This document shows, one piece after another, positions 36,640-44,951 of a stretch of DNA of 64,000 bases. The notes under the pieces were generated by a model that was not told the origin of the DNA, did not search any database, and saw nothing but the letters and a program-made list of their open reading frames with translations. The stretch comes from an uncultured Prolixibacteraceae bacterium (lineage in GTDB: Bacteria > Bacteroidota > Bacteroidia > Bacteroidales > FEN-979). The stretch lies in assembly GCA_964616825.1 (NCBI GenBank), contig CAZTSX010000002.1, positions 149,054-213,053 of the forward strand, read 5' to 3'. Both the position numbers and the translations under genes were made by a program. Position 1 is the first letter of the stretch. Every line of letters starts with the position of its first letter.

Positions 36640-37971
36640 ATGGCAATAATCGCAATCGTCGGTCGCCCAAACGTGGGAAAATCCACCCTTTTTAACCGTC
36701 TCGTCGGCAGGAGGGATGCTATCGTAGATCCTTCCAGCGGGGTTACCCGCGATCGTCACTACGGCAAATCTGACTGGAACGGAGTGGAGTTTTCGGTGAT
36801 AGATACCGGAGGCTACGTGGATGACTCGGGTGATGTATTCGAGGAGGAGATCAAGAAACAGGTGCGGCTGGCTATTGAGGAAGCCGACTGCATCCTTTTT
36901 ATGGTAGATGCCCGGGAAGGCCTTTCCGGCATGGATGAAGATGTTGCAGCTGTACTGAGACGATCCGAAAAACCTGTGTTCCTGGTCGTGAATAAAGTGG
37001 ATACCCATAAACAGCTCCATGAAGTGTCGGAATTCTACAAACTGGGCCTGGGCGACCTCTACAGCATCTCCGCGATCACAGGCAGCGGCACCGGCGAACT
37101 GCTGGATGCCATGGTAGCAGCCATTTCCCCGGAAGTACGGACGGGGCATGCCCCGTCCCCACAGCATGCCTCGTCCCTACAGGAAATGCCCCGTATCGCC
37201 ATCGTCGGCCGGCCCAATGCAGGCAAATCGTCGCTGGTGAATCTGCTGCTGGGAGATGACCGGACGATCGTCACACCCGTACCGGGAACCACACGCGATT
37301 CGATCCATTCACATTATAAAAACTTCGGGCTCGATTTTTTATTGATCGATACCGCCGGAATCCGCAAGAAGGCAAAAGTAAAGGAGGATGTTGAGTTTTA
37401 TTCAGTGATGAGGGCTGTGCGTTCGATCGAACACAGCGATGTCTGTATCCTGATGGTGGATGCTGAACGGGGCTTTGAGGTCCAGGACATCAACATATTC
37501 TCCCTGATTACCCAAAACCATAAAGGAGTAGTGATCCTGGTCAATAAATGGGATTTGATCGAAAAGAAGACCAATACACACAAGGAATTTGAAGAATATA
37601 TCCGCGAACGCATTGCCCCTTTCAGGGATGTTCCCATCATATTTACCTCCGTAACCCAGAAACAAAGGGTCTTCAAGGCAGTGGAGACAGCCATAGAGGT
37701 TTACAGACGCAGAACTGAAAAAATCCCGACACGAAAACTGAATGACGTCATGTTGCCGATCATTCAGCAAAAACCGCCACCAAAGGTCAAAGATAAGATT
37801 GTCAAAATCAAATACATCACCCAGTTGCCTAAGTCCTATCCGATATTTATCTTTTTTTGTAACCATCCTCAATACGTAAAAGAGTCTTATCAACGTTTTC
37901 TAGAAAACCGCCTCCGGGAATACTTCAATCTTACAGGAGTTTCCCTGGAGATCTTCTTCAGACAAAAGTGA
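36640..37971 (+). CDS. der: GTPase Der (EngA) with an expanded inter-domain linker
   Basis: Two GTPase domains ([12 protein letters not shown] and [12 protein letters not shown]) and a C-terminal KH-like domain. Confidence 0.95.
   Translation: MAIIAIVGRPNVGKSTLFNRLVGRRDAIVDPSSGVTRDRHYGKSDWNGVEFSVIDTGGYVDDSGDVFEEEIKKQVRLAIEEADCILFMVDAREGLSGMDEDVAAVLRRSEKPVFLVVNKVDTHKQLHEVSEFYKLGLGDLYSISAITGSGTGELLDAMVAAISPEVRTGHAPSPQHASSLQEMPRIAIVGRPNAGKSSLVNLLLGDDRTIVTPVPGTTRDSIHSHYKNFGLDFLLIDTAGIRKKAKVKEDVEFYSVMRAVRSIEHSDVCILMVDAERGFEVQDINIFSLITQNHKGVVILVNKWDLIEKKTNTHKEFEEYIRERIAPFRDVPIIFTSVTQKQRVFKAVETAIEVYRRRTEKIPTRKLNDVMLPIIQQKPPPKVKDKIVKIKYITQLPKSYPIFIFFCNHPQYVKESYQRFLENRLREYFNLTGVSLEIFFRQK
37139..37182 (+). 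repeat. Perfect 20-bp palindrome overlapping two 18-bp tandem units, inside the der linker
   Basis: GGACGGGGCATGCCCCGTCC lies at 37139-37158. CATGCCCCGTCCCCACAG (37147-37164) and CATGCCTCGTCCCTACAG (37165-37182) match at 16 of 18 positions. Confidence 0.85.
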
Positions 37972-37974
37972 TCC

Positions 37975-38367
37975 ATGGAAGAGATCAAACGGATTGATAA
38001 ATGGTTATGGGAGGTGCGAATCTTCAAAACCCGCAACCAGGCTGCAATGGCGTGCCGGGCAGGAAAAGTACAAATTGCCGGCCAGGTTGTCAAACCTTCA
38101 CGGGAACTTCAGCCCGGAGATGAGATTACATTTTACCGGAATCCGATCAAAAGAACCTTCCGGGTCATCGGTTTTCCAAGGAGCAGGGTAGGAGCCAGAC
38201 TGGTTCCCGGGTACATGGAGGAGATTACACCTCCGGAGGAGTTCCGGAAACTGAAGATGATCAAGGAGATGAACTATGAGTCCAGAGACCGGGGAGAAGG
38301 ACGGCCAACAAAAAGGCAGCGTCGTGATATTGAAGAGTTGAAGAGATTGTGGAAGAATAGGAGATGA
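37975..38367 (+). CDS. S4-domain RNA-binding protein (Hsp15/HslR-like)
   Basis: RIDKWLWEVRIFKTRNQAAMACRAGKVQI is an S4-type motif. Confidence 0.8.
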   Translation: MEEIKRIDKWLWEVRIFKTRNQAAMACRAGKVQIAGQVVKPSRELQPGDEITFYRNPIKRTFRVIGFPRSRVGARLVPGYMEEITPPEEFRKLKMIKEMNYESRDRGEGRPTKRQRRDIEELKRLWKNRR

Positions 38368-39158
38368 GATCTGATAGAATATATACCAACTCACTGCTCG
38401 AGCTTGTATTCCAGTACAGGAATAAGGACTATGGATCATACCAGCTCCAAAAAAGATATCCCAAAACACTACTGATCTCTGGTATCATTGGCATCACGGT
38501 TATCCTCCTGGTTGTAATCATCCCTTTCTTTATCTATATGGTACATAACCTGAACTCCGATTTTAATGAAGAGTTTATCTACGAGGTTGAATATATTCCG
38601 TTTGCTCCTCCCGAGAACCTTGAACTGGTTGAACTGGCTAAAGCTCACGCCGAGATGCCGGATGAGCCACAGGTAGCACCTATTGTCTCCGATACCATTA
38701 CCCCGGAGGAGGAGAAGAAACCGTTAGTACCCGGTACAGAAGAAAAGGATAATAACCCGGAAGATGCAGATACTGCATCATACGGCACAGGTGGAGATGA
38801 AATTGGCCGTCAGCCCGGAACCGATACGGCTGTGTCCACCACAATCGATGTCTATCCCCAATATCCGGGAGGTGTGGAAGCCAGATTGTATTACCTCCGC
38901 AGGCACGTTGCCTACCCGAAAGAAGCCGTTGATAAAGGCATCTCCGGAGTGGTGATGGTGATCTTTGTGATCGAAGCAGATGGGAGCATCACCAACGTAG
39001 ATATCGTTCAAGGCATAGGCGGGGGATGTGATAAAGAAGCCATCCGAGTGACCAGGGGGATGCCCAAATGGGCTCCGGGAAAACGAAGCGGAAGGCCGGT
39101 ACGGGTAATGGTGAAGATGCCGATCGTATTCCGGTTACCCAACCGTCCGGCATCTTAG
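38364..39158 (+). CDS. TonB-family energy transducer
   Basis: N-terminal TM segment, Pro/Glu-rich spacer, and a C-terminal TonB domain (YPQYPGG...GISGVVMVIFVIEADGSITNVDIV). ATGA start/stop overlap with the upstream gene. Confidence 0.85.
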   Translation: MRSDRIYTNSLLELVFQYRNKDYGSYQLQKRYPKTLLISGIIGITVILLVVIIPFFIYMVHNLNSDFNEEFIYEVEYIPFAPPENLELVELAKAHAEMPDEPQVAPIVSDTITPEEEKKPLVPGTEEKDNNPEDADTASYGTGGDEIGRQPGTDTAVSTTIDVYPQYPGGVEARLYYLRRHVAYPKEAVDKGISGVVMVIFVIEADGSITNVDIVQGIGGGCDKEAIRVTRGMPKWAPGKRSGRPVRVMVKMPIVFRLPNRPAS

Positions 39159-39161
39159 GGC

Positions 39162-39187
39162 AAAAAAAAGCAGCCTGTGAAGGCTGC
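39162..39187 (-). terminator. Rho-independent terminator of the small 39211-39444 gene
   Basis: On the minus strand, GCAGCCT-TCAC-AGGCTGC is followed by T8. Confidence 0.75.
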
Positions 39188-39210
39188 TCTGAAATGTATG
39201 GTTGATAATT

Positions 39211-39444
39211 TTATTTATCATCCGGATCGCTCTTGGCATGTTTCTTTGCCTTCTTACCGTGTGCGCAACAACTACTCTTCTTTGCAGAGGAGCATTTCTT
39301 TACATGGGCACATTCTTTGGATGCTTTTTTTGTCTGCTCAGTTTTGGCGGGATGTCCTTTTTTGACAGGCTTTTGAGGTTCCTGGGCGAAAGTTAATCCT
39401 GCAAATAAAAACAATGCGGACAGTAAAATAGCTGCTCTTTTCAT
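39211..39444 (-). CDS. Small secreted Lys/Cys/His-rich protein
   Basis: Signal peptide MKRAAILLSALFLFAGLTFA. The mature ~57 aa contain 5 Cys and 4 His among many Lys (ECAHVKKC, SSCCAHGKK). The gene has its own terminator. Confidence 0.6.
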   Translation of the reverse strand: MKRAAILLSALFLFAGLTFAQEPQKPVKKGHPAKTEQTKKASKECAHVKKCSSAKKSSCCAHGKKAKKHAKSDPDDK

Positions 39445-39542
39445 ATTAATAATGGTTTTAATGTTAAACGTAGATTTCTTTTAGATAACGCAAAAATATG
39501 AAAATAATTATATATATGAGTTGATAATTGAAAAAAACAATC

Positions 39543-41095
39543 CTATTTGCCTTTTCCAAAAACTGCATCCCTGACGATGGCTTGAAGGGTAGCCTTTTCA
39601 AATGGCTTACCGATGTAATGCGTACATCCTTGTGCAATTAATTTCTCCCGGTCACCAATCATCGTATAACCCGTCACAGCAATGATTGGTGTATTTTCAT
39701 ATCCCGGAATACGCTTGATCATCCTGGTCGCCTGGATTCCATCCATCCCGGCTCCCAGATTGATATCCATCAAGATACCGTCATACCTTTTCTTTTTCGC
39801 CATTCGCAAGGCTGAGTCCCCATCGAAAGCATGATCCATCTTGTAATGTGGTTTCAGGAAAAGTTCAATCAGGTTCTTATTGACCAGGTTGTCTTCTACC
39901 AGCAGAATTACCGGACTTTTAGTTGATTTCTTGATGGGGGTTGGAGTCAGAACCGTATCAATCTCTTCAGGTTTGATCTTATGGGTTTTTGCTTTTTTTG
40001 AAGTGGGAAGCCAGATCGTGAAAGCAGATCCCTTGCCAATTTCACTCTCCAGGGTGATCTTTCCTTTCAACAGGTCACATGTTTTTTTACTGATTGTAAG
40101 TCCAAGTCCGCTTCCCTGAAATTTTCGGTTATATCCTTCACTCACCTGGCGAAACTCATGATAGATCAATTCAAAGAAATCCTTATCAATCCCAATGCCT
40201 GTATCTTTAATCCGTATGGTTTGCCATTTGACATCATTTTCCATAATCATCCTGGAGGTGATGATGACCTTCCCTTTCTCCGTAAACTTTATTGCGTTGT
40301 CAAGGATCCTTTGGAGAAGTTGCTTGAACAGCATCTGGTCTGTATAAGCAGTCACATCCTCAGGTAAATCCATAGACAGGGTAATCGTTTTCTCATCCGC
40401 CTTATCCTTGAATGCTTGATATACATTTTTTATTGCTGAATTCAGATTGGTGTTTTTAAGAAGGATAGTCACTTTACCAGCCTGAAGTTGTGAGAGGGTG
40501 ATGATGGAATCCAGGGTGGACATGAGCCGTTGCCCCGAAAAATGAATGTTCTCCACCATCGGAAGGTATTCGGTGTCTCTCAGGTCATCCTGCAGAAGTT
40601 CCGAGAATCCGAGGATCCCATTCAGCGGAGTACGTAACTCGTGACTGATATTCGTATCATGAGAATTGCCTCAAACGCCGTTTCAAATACAGCATGGTAT
40701 TTGATTTCACTTCGCCGGATCATCTCGTGTGTTTTGTTTATTCGTTTAGTGATCCGTGAGATGAGCTCATCAAAATCGATGGGTTTGGTGATATAATCAT
40801 CCACACCCATCTTCATGGCCAGAAGGATATCTTCCCGCTCCGTTTTCGCTGTCATAAAGATAAACGGGATCAACGAGGCGGATATCTCACTTTTTAGCTT
40901 TTTAAGAACGTCATACCCACTCATGACAGGCATTAGGATATCGCACAAGATCAAATCGGGGAGGTGCTTAAGAGCCATCTCAATGCCCGCTTTACCATTA
41001 TTGGCCAGAATAACATTAAATCCTTCTTCTTTCAAAAAGTCACTGACACTCTCCAGGAGGATCATATCATCTTCAATAACTAGAATTGTGTTCAT
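39543..41095 (-). pseudogene. REC-HisKA-HATPase-REC hybrid sensor kinase split by a frameshift
   Basis: The REC ORF (40622-41095) ends in ...AVFETAFEAILMIRISVTSYVLR*. A second frame, open from 40670, encodes HDTNISHELRTPLNGILGF (H-box), then an HATPase domain and a second REC domain (VILLVEDN...DINLGAGMDG...K). The two frames overlap at 40622-40670. Confidence 0.65.
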
Positions 41096-42227
41096 CTCTG
41101 TTGATTATGGTTGATTTGACTGGAAGTTTTACTTCAACATTAGTACCGGCGTTTTCTGTACTCCTGATTTGAATGGAACCCTCTAACAGGTCGACACATC
41201 GCTTTACGATAGCCAAACCCAGGCCACTGCCAGGATAATCTCCACTGTTTTGCCCACGGATAAAAGGTTCCCAGATATGCTCCAGATCGCGTTGTGGGAT
41301 ACCAATCCCCTGATCGGAAATCACGATCTCAATGTAGTTGTTATCACGTGTAATTTTCACATTGACCGGGTTTTTCTCCGGATTGAATTTCCAGGCATTG
41401 ATAATCAGATGTGACAGAATCTGACGGAGGAGTTCCTTATCGGATGTGATATGAGGTGTTTCCTCATTAACATTGATTTCTAAATTCAGTGGCAGTTCTG
41501 AATTTTTTTTCAACTCATCAATGAGATCCACGATGAAATGTTTGAGCTGAAACTCTTCCGGGTAAACAAATAACCGGCCGCTTTGATCTTTGGAGAGTAA
41601 TGTGATCTCTTCCAGCAGGTTGATCATGATTTGGATTCCCTCCTGTATTCGCTTGAGAACCACGGTCTTCTTCTTATGTGGCCATTTATCCTCATAGCGG
41701 TGAAGGAGCTGAATATTGCTTGAGATTGCAGCCAGTGGCGTCCGGAATTCATGGGAAACGAGGGAGATAAATTGTGACTTGATCCGGTTAGCCTCCTGCT
41801 GTTTGTTCAGAGATTGGGTGATCTCTATCTTGGATTCCTTCAGGTGAGCTTCGGATTGGGCCACCTCTTCCAGCGCCTTGCTCTTATCTGAAATCACTGT
41901 AGTCAGCTCCCTGGTTTGTTCAAAGAACTGCTGCAGTAACACACCAATACGGCCGATCTCATCCCGGCGGCGGGTAATGTCATTCACCAGATCCGGATTG
42001 TTCAGGGAGAGACTCTTCGCGATCAGATTTAGCGGTTTGATGATCCATAAATGGACGGCTACAACAAACAGACCAAGCAGCACAATGAACCGCAGGATTG
42101 ACAGCGCAGTCCAAAATGGAAAAGGCAACCATGCAAGCACGTCACCGCGAATGATAAACAGGTTCGGAATGATCGTTATCGCAAACGCCACCAAAAAGAC
42201 GATCAGGAACTTGTTCTTGATCTTCAT
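41073..42227 (-). CDS. Membrane sensor histidine kinase (2 TM + HAMP-like + HisKA + HATPase)
   Basis: H-box SHEFRTPLAAI, N-box HLIINAWKF, G-boxes DQGIGI and GSGLGLAIV. Confidence 0.9.
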   Translation of the reverse strand: MKIKNKFLIVFLVAFAITIIPNLFIIRGDVLAWLPFPFWTALSILRFIVLLGLFVVAVHLWIIKPLNLIAKSLSLNNPDLVNDITRRRDEIGRIGVLLQQFFEQTRELTTVISDKSKALEEVAQSEAHLKESKIEITQSLNKQQEANRIKSQFISLVSHEFRTPLAAISSNIQLLHRYEDKWPHKKKTVVLKRIQEGIQIMINLLEEITLLSKDQSGRLFVYPEEFQLKHFIVDLIDELKKNSELPLNLEINVNEETPHITSDKELLRQILSHLIINAWKFNPEKNPVNVKITRDNNYIEIVISDQGIGIPQRDLEHIWEPFIRGQNSGDYPGSGLGLAIVKRCVDLLEGSIQIRSTENAGTNVEVKLPVKSTIINRDEHNSSY

Positions 42228-42245
42228 ACACCATATTTATACCCT

Positions 42246-42253
42246 CAAATATA
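42246..42253 (-). promoter_or_regulatory. Candidate -7 box TATATTTG for the kinase operon
   Basis: TAnnTTTG on the minus strand, 19 nt upstream of the ATG at 42227. Confidence 0.35.
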
Positions 42254-42254
42254 T

Positions 42255-42288
42255 TGATAATCAGGCCGTTTTCCTACTGATAATCAGG
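42255..42288. promoter_or_regulatory. Direct repeat TGATAATCAGG x2 (23-bp spacing) upstream of the kinase operon
   Basis: Perfect 11-mers at 42255-42265 and 42278-42288, abutting the -7 box. Confidence 0.45.
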
Positions 42289-42392
42289 TTGTTTAGCATA
42301 TGTAGGCATATCCTGGGCGACCGTGCACATTTTGACAGTATCTGTGTGAAGAATTGGGGAGAAAAGTAGAAGATTCTTGTGCTGGTGTCCGG

Positions 42393-42845
42393 TTATTCCC
42401 GGTTTTTTGTGTCGATAAAGATGGTAACCGGTCCGTCATTCACCAGGGAGACCTCCATCATGGCGCCAAAATCACCAGTCTGAATCCGTTTTCCGGTTTG
42501 GGATTCCAGGCTTGCAACAAACTGGTTGTATAACGGGATAGCTACTTCAGGCCGGGCAGCCCGGATGTAAGAAGGGCGGTTCCCTTTTTTAGTACTGGCG
42601 TGAAGGGTAAACTGACTGACAACAAGGATATCACCTCCCGCCTCCTCAATAGAGCAATTCATGATCCCTTCAGCATCAGGGAATATACGCAGCCTTATGA
42701 TCTTCCCGGCCAACCATTCTATATCTTCTGTATCATCAGCCTCTTCGATACCCAATAATATCAACAATCCGTTGTTGATGGAAGCTACGATCTCCCCGCC
42801 AATGTTTACAGAAGAGCGATTGACACGTTGAATGACTGCACGCAT
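42393..42845 (-). CDS. dtd: D-aminoacyl-tRNA deacylase
   Basis: MRAVIQRV...LLILLGI...SQFTL...NDGPVT, matching Dtd in sequence and length. Confidence 0.95.
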   Translation of the reverse strand: MRAVIQRVNRSSVNIGGEIVASINNGLLILLGIEEADDTEDIEWLAGKIIRLRIFPDAEGIMNCSIEEAGGDILVVSQFTLHASTKKGNRPSYIRAARPEVAIPLYNQFVASLESQTGKRIQTGDFGAMMEVSLVNDGPVTIFIDTKNRE

Positions 42846-42861
42846 GTTATTTGGGGTATAT

Positions 42862-42909
42862 TTATCCAGTTATCCAGTTATCAAGTTATCCAGATATCCA
42901 GTTATCCAG
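42862..42909. repeat. 6 x 8-bp tandem array (TTATCCAG) in the dtd/pdxJ divergent promoter
   Basis: TTATCCAG TTATCCAG TTATCAAG TTATCCAG ATATCCAG TTATCCAG. Confidence 0.9.
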
Positions 42910-42921
42910 CAACAAATTTAG

Positions 42922-42929
42922 TAGTTTTG
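42922..42929 (+). promoter_or_regulatory. Candidate -7 box TAGTTTTG for pdxJ
   Basis: TAnnTTTG match, 17 nt upstream of the ATG at 42946. Confidence 0.35.
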
Positions 42930-42945
42930 CAGAAAATTGTCCCGA

Positions 42946-43662
42946 ATGACGAAATTAAGTGTCAACATCAATAAGATCGCTACGTTGCGGAATGCCAGAG
43001 GGGGAAATCAGCCTGATGTGATGAAAGCAGCTGTTGATTGCGAAAGGTTTGGTGCACAGGGTATCACGGTGCATCCAAGACCTGATGAACGTCATATCCG
43101 ATATCAGGATGTGATTGACCTGAAACCGATTGTGACAACAGAATTCAATATCGAAGGGTACCCGAACCGGACGTTCATGGACCTTGTAATCGGTGTGAAG
43201 CCTGCACAGGTCACCCTTGTACCGGACCCGCCTGAAGTACTTACTTCCAATGCCGGATGGGATACCATTGCGAATCAAGCGATGTTGAAGGAGATTATTG
43301 CTGAGTTTCATACTCATGGAATCCGTACATCAATCTTTATCGAAACTGATCTGCAGATGATCGAGCAGGCAAAAGAGACAGGTACCGACAGGGTGGAACT
43401 CTATACAGAGGAGTATGCAAAGCAGTATCCGGTGAACCGCAAGGAGGCGATCAACCCGTTTGTTGAAACAGCCAGGCTTGCCAATGAACTGGGCCTGGGA
43501 TTGAATGCCGGTCACGATCTGAACCTGGAGAACCTTGGATTCTTTCACCAGCAGATACCCGGGTTGCTGGAGGTATCTATTGGCCATGCGTTAATCTGTG
43601 ATGCCATATATCTGGGATTGGAAAACACAATCCAGCTCTATTTACGTCAACTTAAAGATTGA
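42946..43662 (+). CDS. pdxJ: Pyridoxine 5'-phosphate synthase
   Basis: [17 protein letters not shown] ... HPRPDERHI ... GHDLN, which are PdxJ signatures. Confidence 0.95.
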   Translation: MTKLSVNINKIATLRNARGGNQPDVMKAAVDCERFGAQGITVHPRPDERHIRYQDVIDLKPIVTTEFNIEGYPNRTFMDLVIGVKPAQVTLVPDPPEVLTSNAGWDTIANQAMLKEIIAEFHTHGIRTSIFIETDLQMIEQAKETGTDRVELYTEEYAKQYPVNRKEAINPFVETARLANELGLGLNAGHDLNLENLGFFHQQIPGLLEVSIGHALICDAIYLGLENTIQLYLRQLKD

Positions 43663-43666
43663 TCTG

Positions 43667-43701
43667 CTTCTCGCTATTCGCCATACGCATTTCGCTTATT
43701 A
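43667..43701. repeat. 5 x 7-bp drifting array between pdxJ and the dipeptidase gene
   Basis: CTTCTCG CTATTCG CCATACG CATTTCG CTTATTA (consensus CNNTNCG). Confidence 0.7.
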
Positions 43702-43712
43702 ACCCAGATAGT

Positions 43713-44948
43713 ATGAAAAAAATAATTCTTTTTATCTTCCTTATACTCCTTAATACCATTGTATTTTCTGGGGATCGGGATTCGAAAAAAAATAATCGGA
43801 AAGCGAAAAGAATCCACGAACGGGTGCTGACGATCGACTCTCATAATGATACGCCATTACGCATGATCAGGCCAGGATTTGACTGGGGTGAACGACATGA
43901 TGCGAAAAAGGATCGGTCCCGGGTCGACCTGGTTCGAATGGAGGAAGGGGGACTGGATGGCTCATTCTTTGCGGTATTTGTCGGACAGGGCCCCCGAACG
44001 CCTGAAGGGTATGCAAAGGCCAAAAAGCGTACCATGATGATCTTCGATACCTTATTGAGTTCGATCAACAGATACCCCGATAAAGTCGGCCTTGCCCTGA
44101 CACCGGAGGATGCCTATAAGCTTGAAAAAGAGGGAAAACGGATTGCTTTCATTGGAATTGAAAATGGCTACCCTGTCGGGAAGGATCTTGCCTTGATTCA
44201 AACATATTATGATAAAGGAGCTCGCTATATTACAATAGTGCATACAAGAAACAACGATATATGTGATTCCTCAACAGATACGATCGGTTATAATGGATTG
44301 AGTGAATTCGGAACAGATGTTGTGATAGAGATGAACCGGCTGGGCATGATGATCGATGTATCGCATGCTTCCGATGCCTCTTATTACGACATTCTGAACG
44401 TAACGAAAGCGCCTGTCATCGCATCGCATTCCTGTGCACGGAAGTTGTGTGACAGCCCCCGGAACCTTGATGACGATATGCTGCGGGCTCTTGCAACAAA
44501 CGGAGGGGTCATTCAGATGTGTATATTGAGTAGTTACATCAAGATCCCTGCCCCCAATCCGCCTCGTGATTCGGCCCGTGCTGCGGTCAGGAAGAAATTT
44601 CATGATTTTGAGAACCTAACTGATGAGGAGATGACGCAGGCGCGGAAAGAGTGGTATGCTATCGAAGATAAATTTCCCCGTGAACTGGCGACCGTTAGTG
44701 ATGTCGTGGATCACATCGACCACATCGTAGCAGTAGCAGGAATCGATCATATTGGTATCGGAACCGATTTTGATGGTGGAGGCGGTGTATCAGGTTGTTA
44801 TGACGTATCTGAAATGGGGAACATCACACTGGAACTTGTTAACCGGGATTATTCTGAAGCGGATATCCGGAAGATCTGGGGCGAAAACCTGATGCGGGTG
44901 ATGAGTGATAACATACGTCTCTCTCAACAACCGCCAGAAACAAACTAA
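43713..44948 (+). CDS. Membrane dipeptidase (peptidase M19)
   Basis: Signal peptide, TIDSHNDTP, VSHASD, GIGTDFDG. The start is set at the MKKIILF signal peptide. Confidence 0.9.
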   Translation: MKKIILFIFLILLNTIVFSGDRDSKKNNRKAKRIHERVLTIDSHNDTPLRMIRPGFDWGERHDAKKDRSRVDLVRMEEGGLDGSFFAVFVGQGPRTPEGYAKAKKRTMMIFDTLLSSINRYPDKVGLALTPEDAYKLEKEGKRIAFIGIENGYPVGKDLALIQTYYDKGARYITIVHTRNNDICDSSTDTIGYNGLSEFGTDVVIEMNRLGMMIDVSHASDASYYDILNVTKAPVIASHSCARKLCDSPRNLDDDMLRALATNGGVIQMCILSSYIKIPAPNPPRDSARAAVRKKFHDFENLTDEEMTQARKEWYAIEDKFPRELATVSDVVDHIDHIVAVAGIDHIGIGTDFDGGGGVSGCYDVSEMGNITLELVNRDYSEADIRKIWGENLMRVMSDNIRLSQQPPETN

Positions 44949-44951
44949 CAG

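Noticed and set aside
40622-40670. Programmed ribosomal frameshift in the hybrid kinase.
   Set aside because: The overlap contains no slippery heptamer or homopolymer and no downstream structure. Mutation or sequencing error is the simpler explanation.
42862-42909. CRISPR interpretation of the tandem arrays. The same applies to 59991-60053, 28258-28299 and 24983-25017.
   Set aside because: The units are 7-8 bp and directly abutting, with no spacers. No cas genes are present in the window.
42862-42909. Replication origin (DnaA-box cluster) interpretation of the TTATCCAG array.
   Set aside because: The units lack the CACA half of the DnaA box. No dnaA or dnaN gene and no A+T-rich unwinding element lies adjacent. 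I keep it only as a testable side hypothesis.
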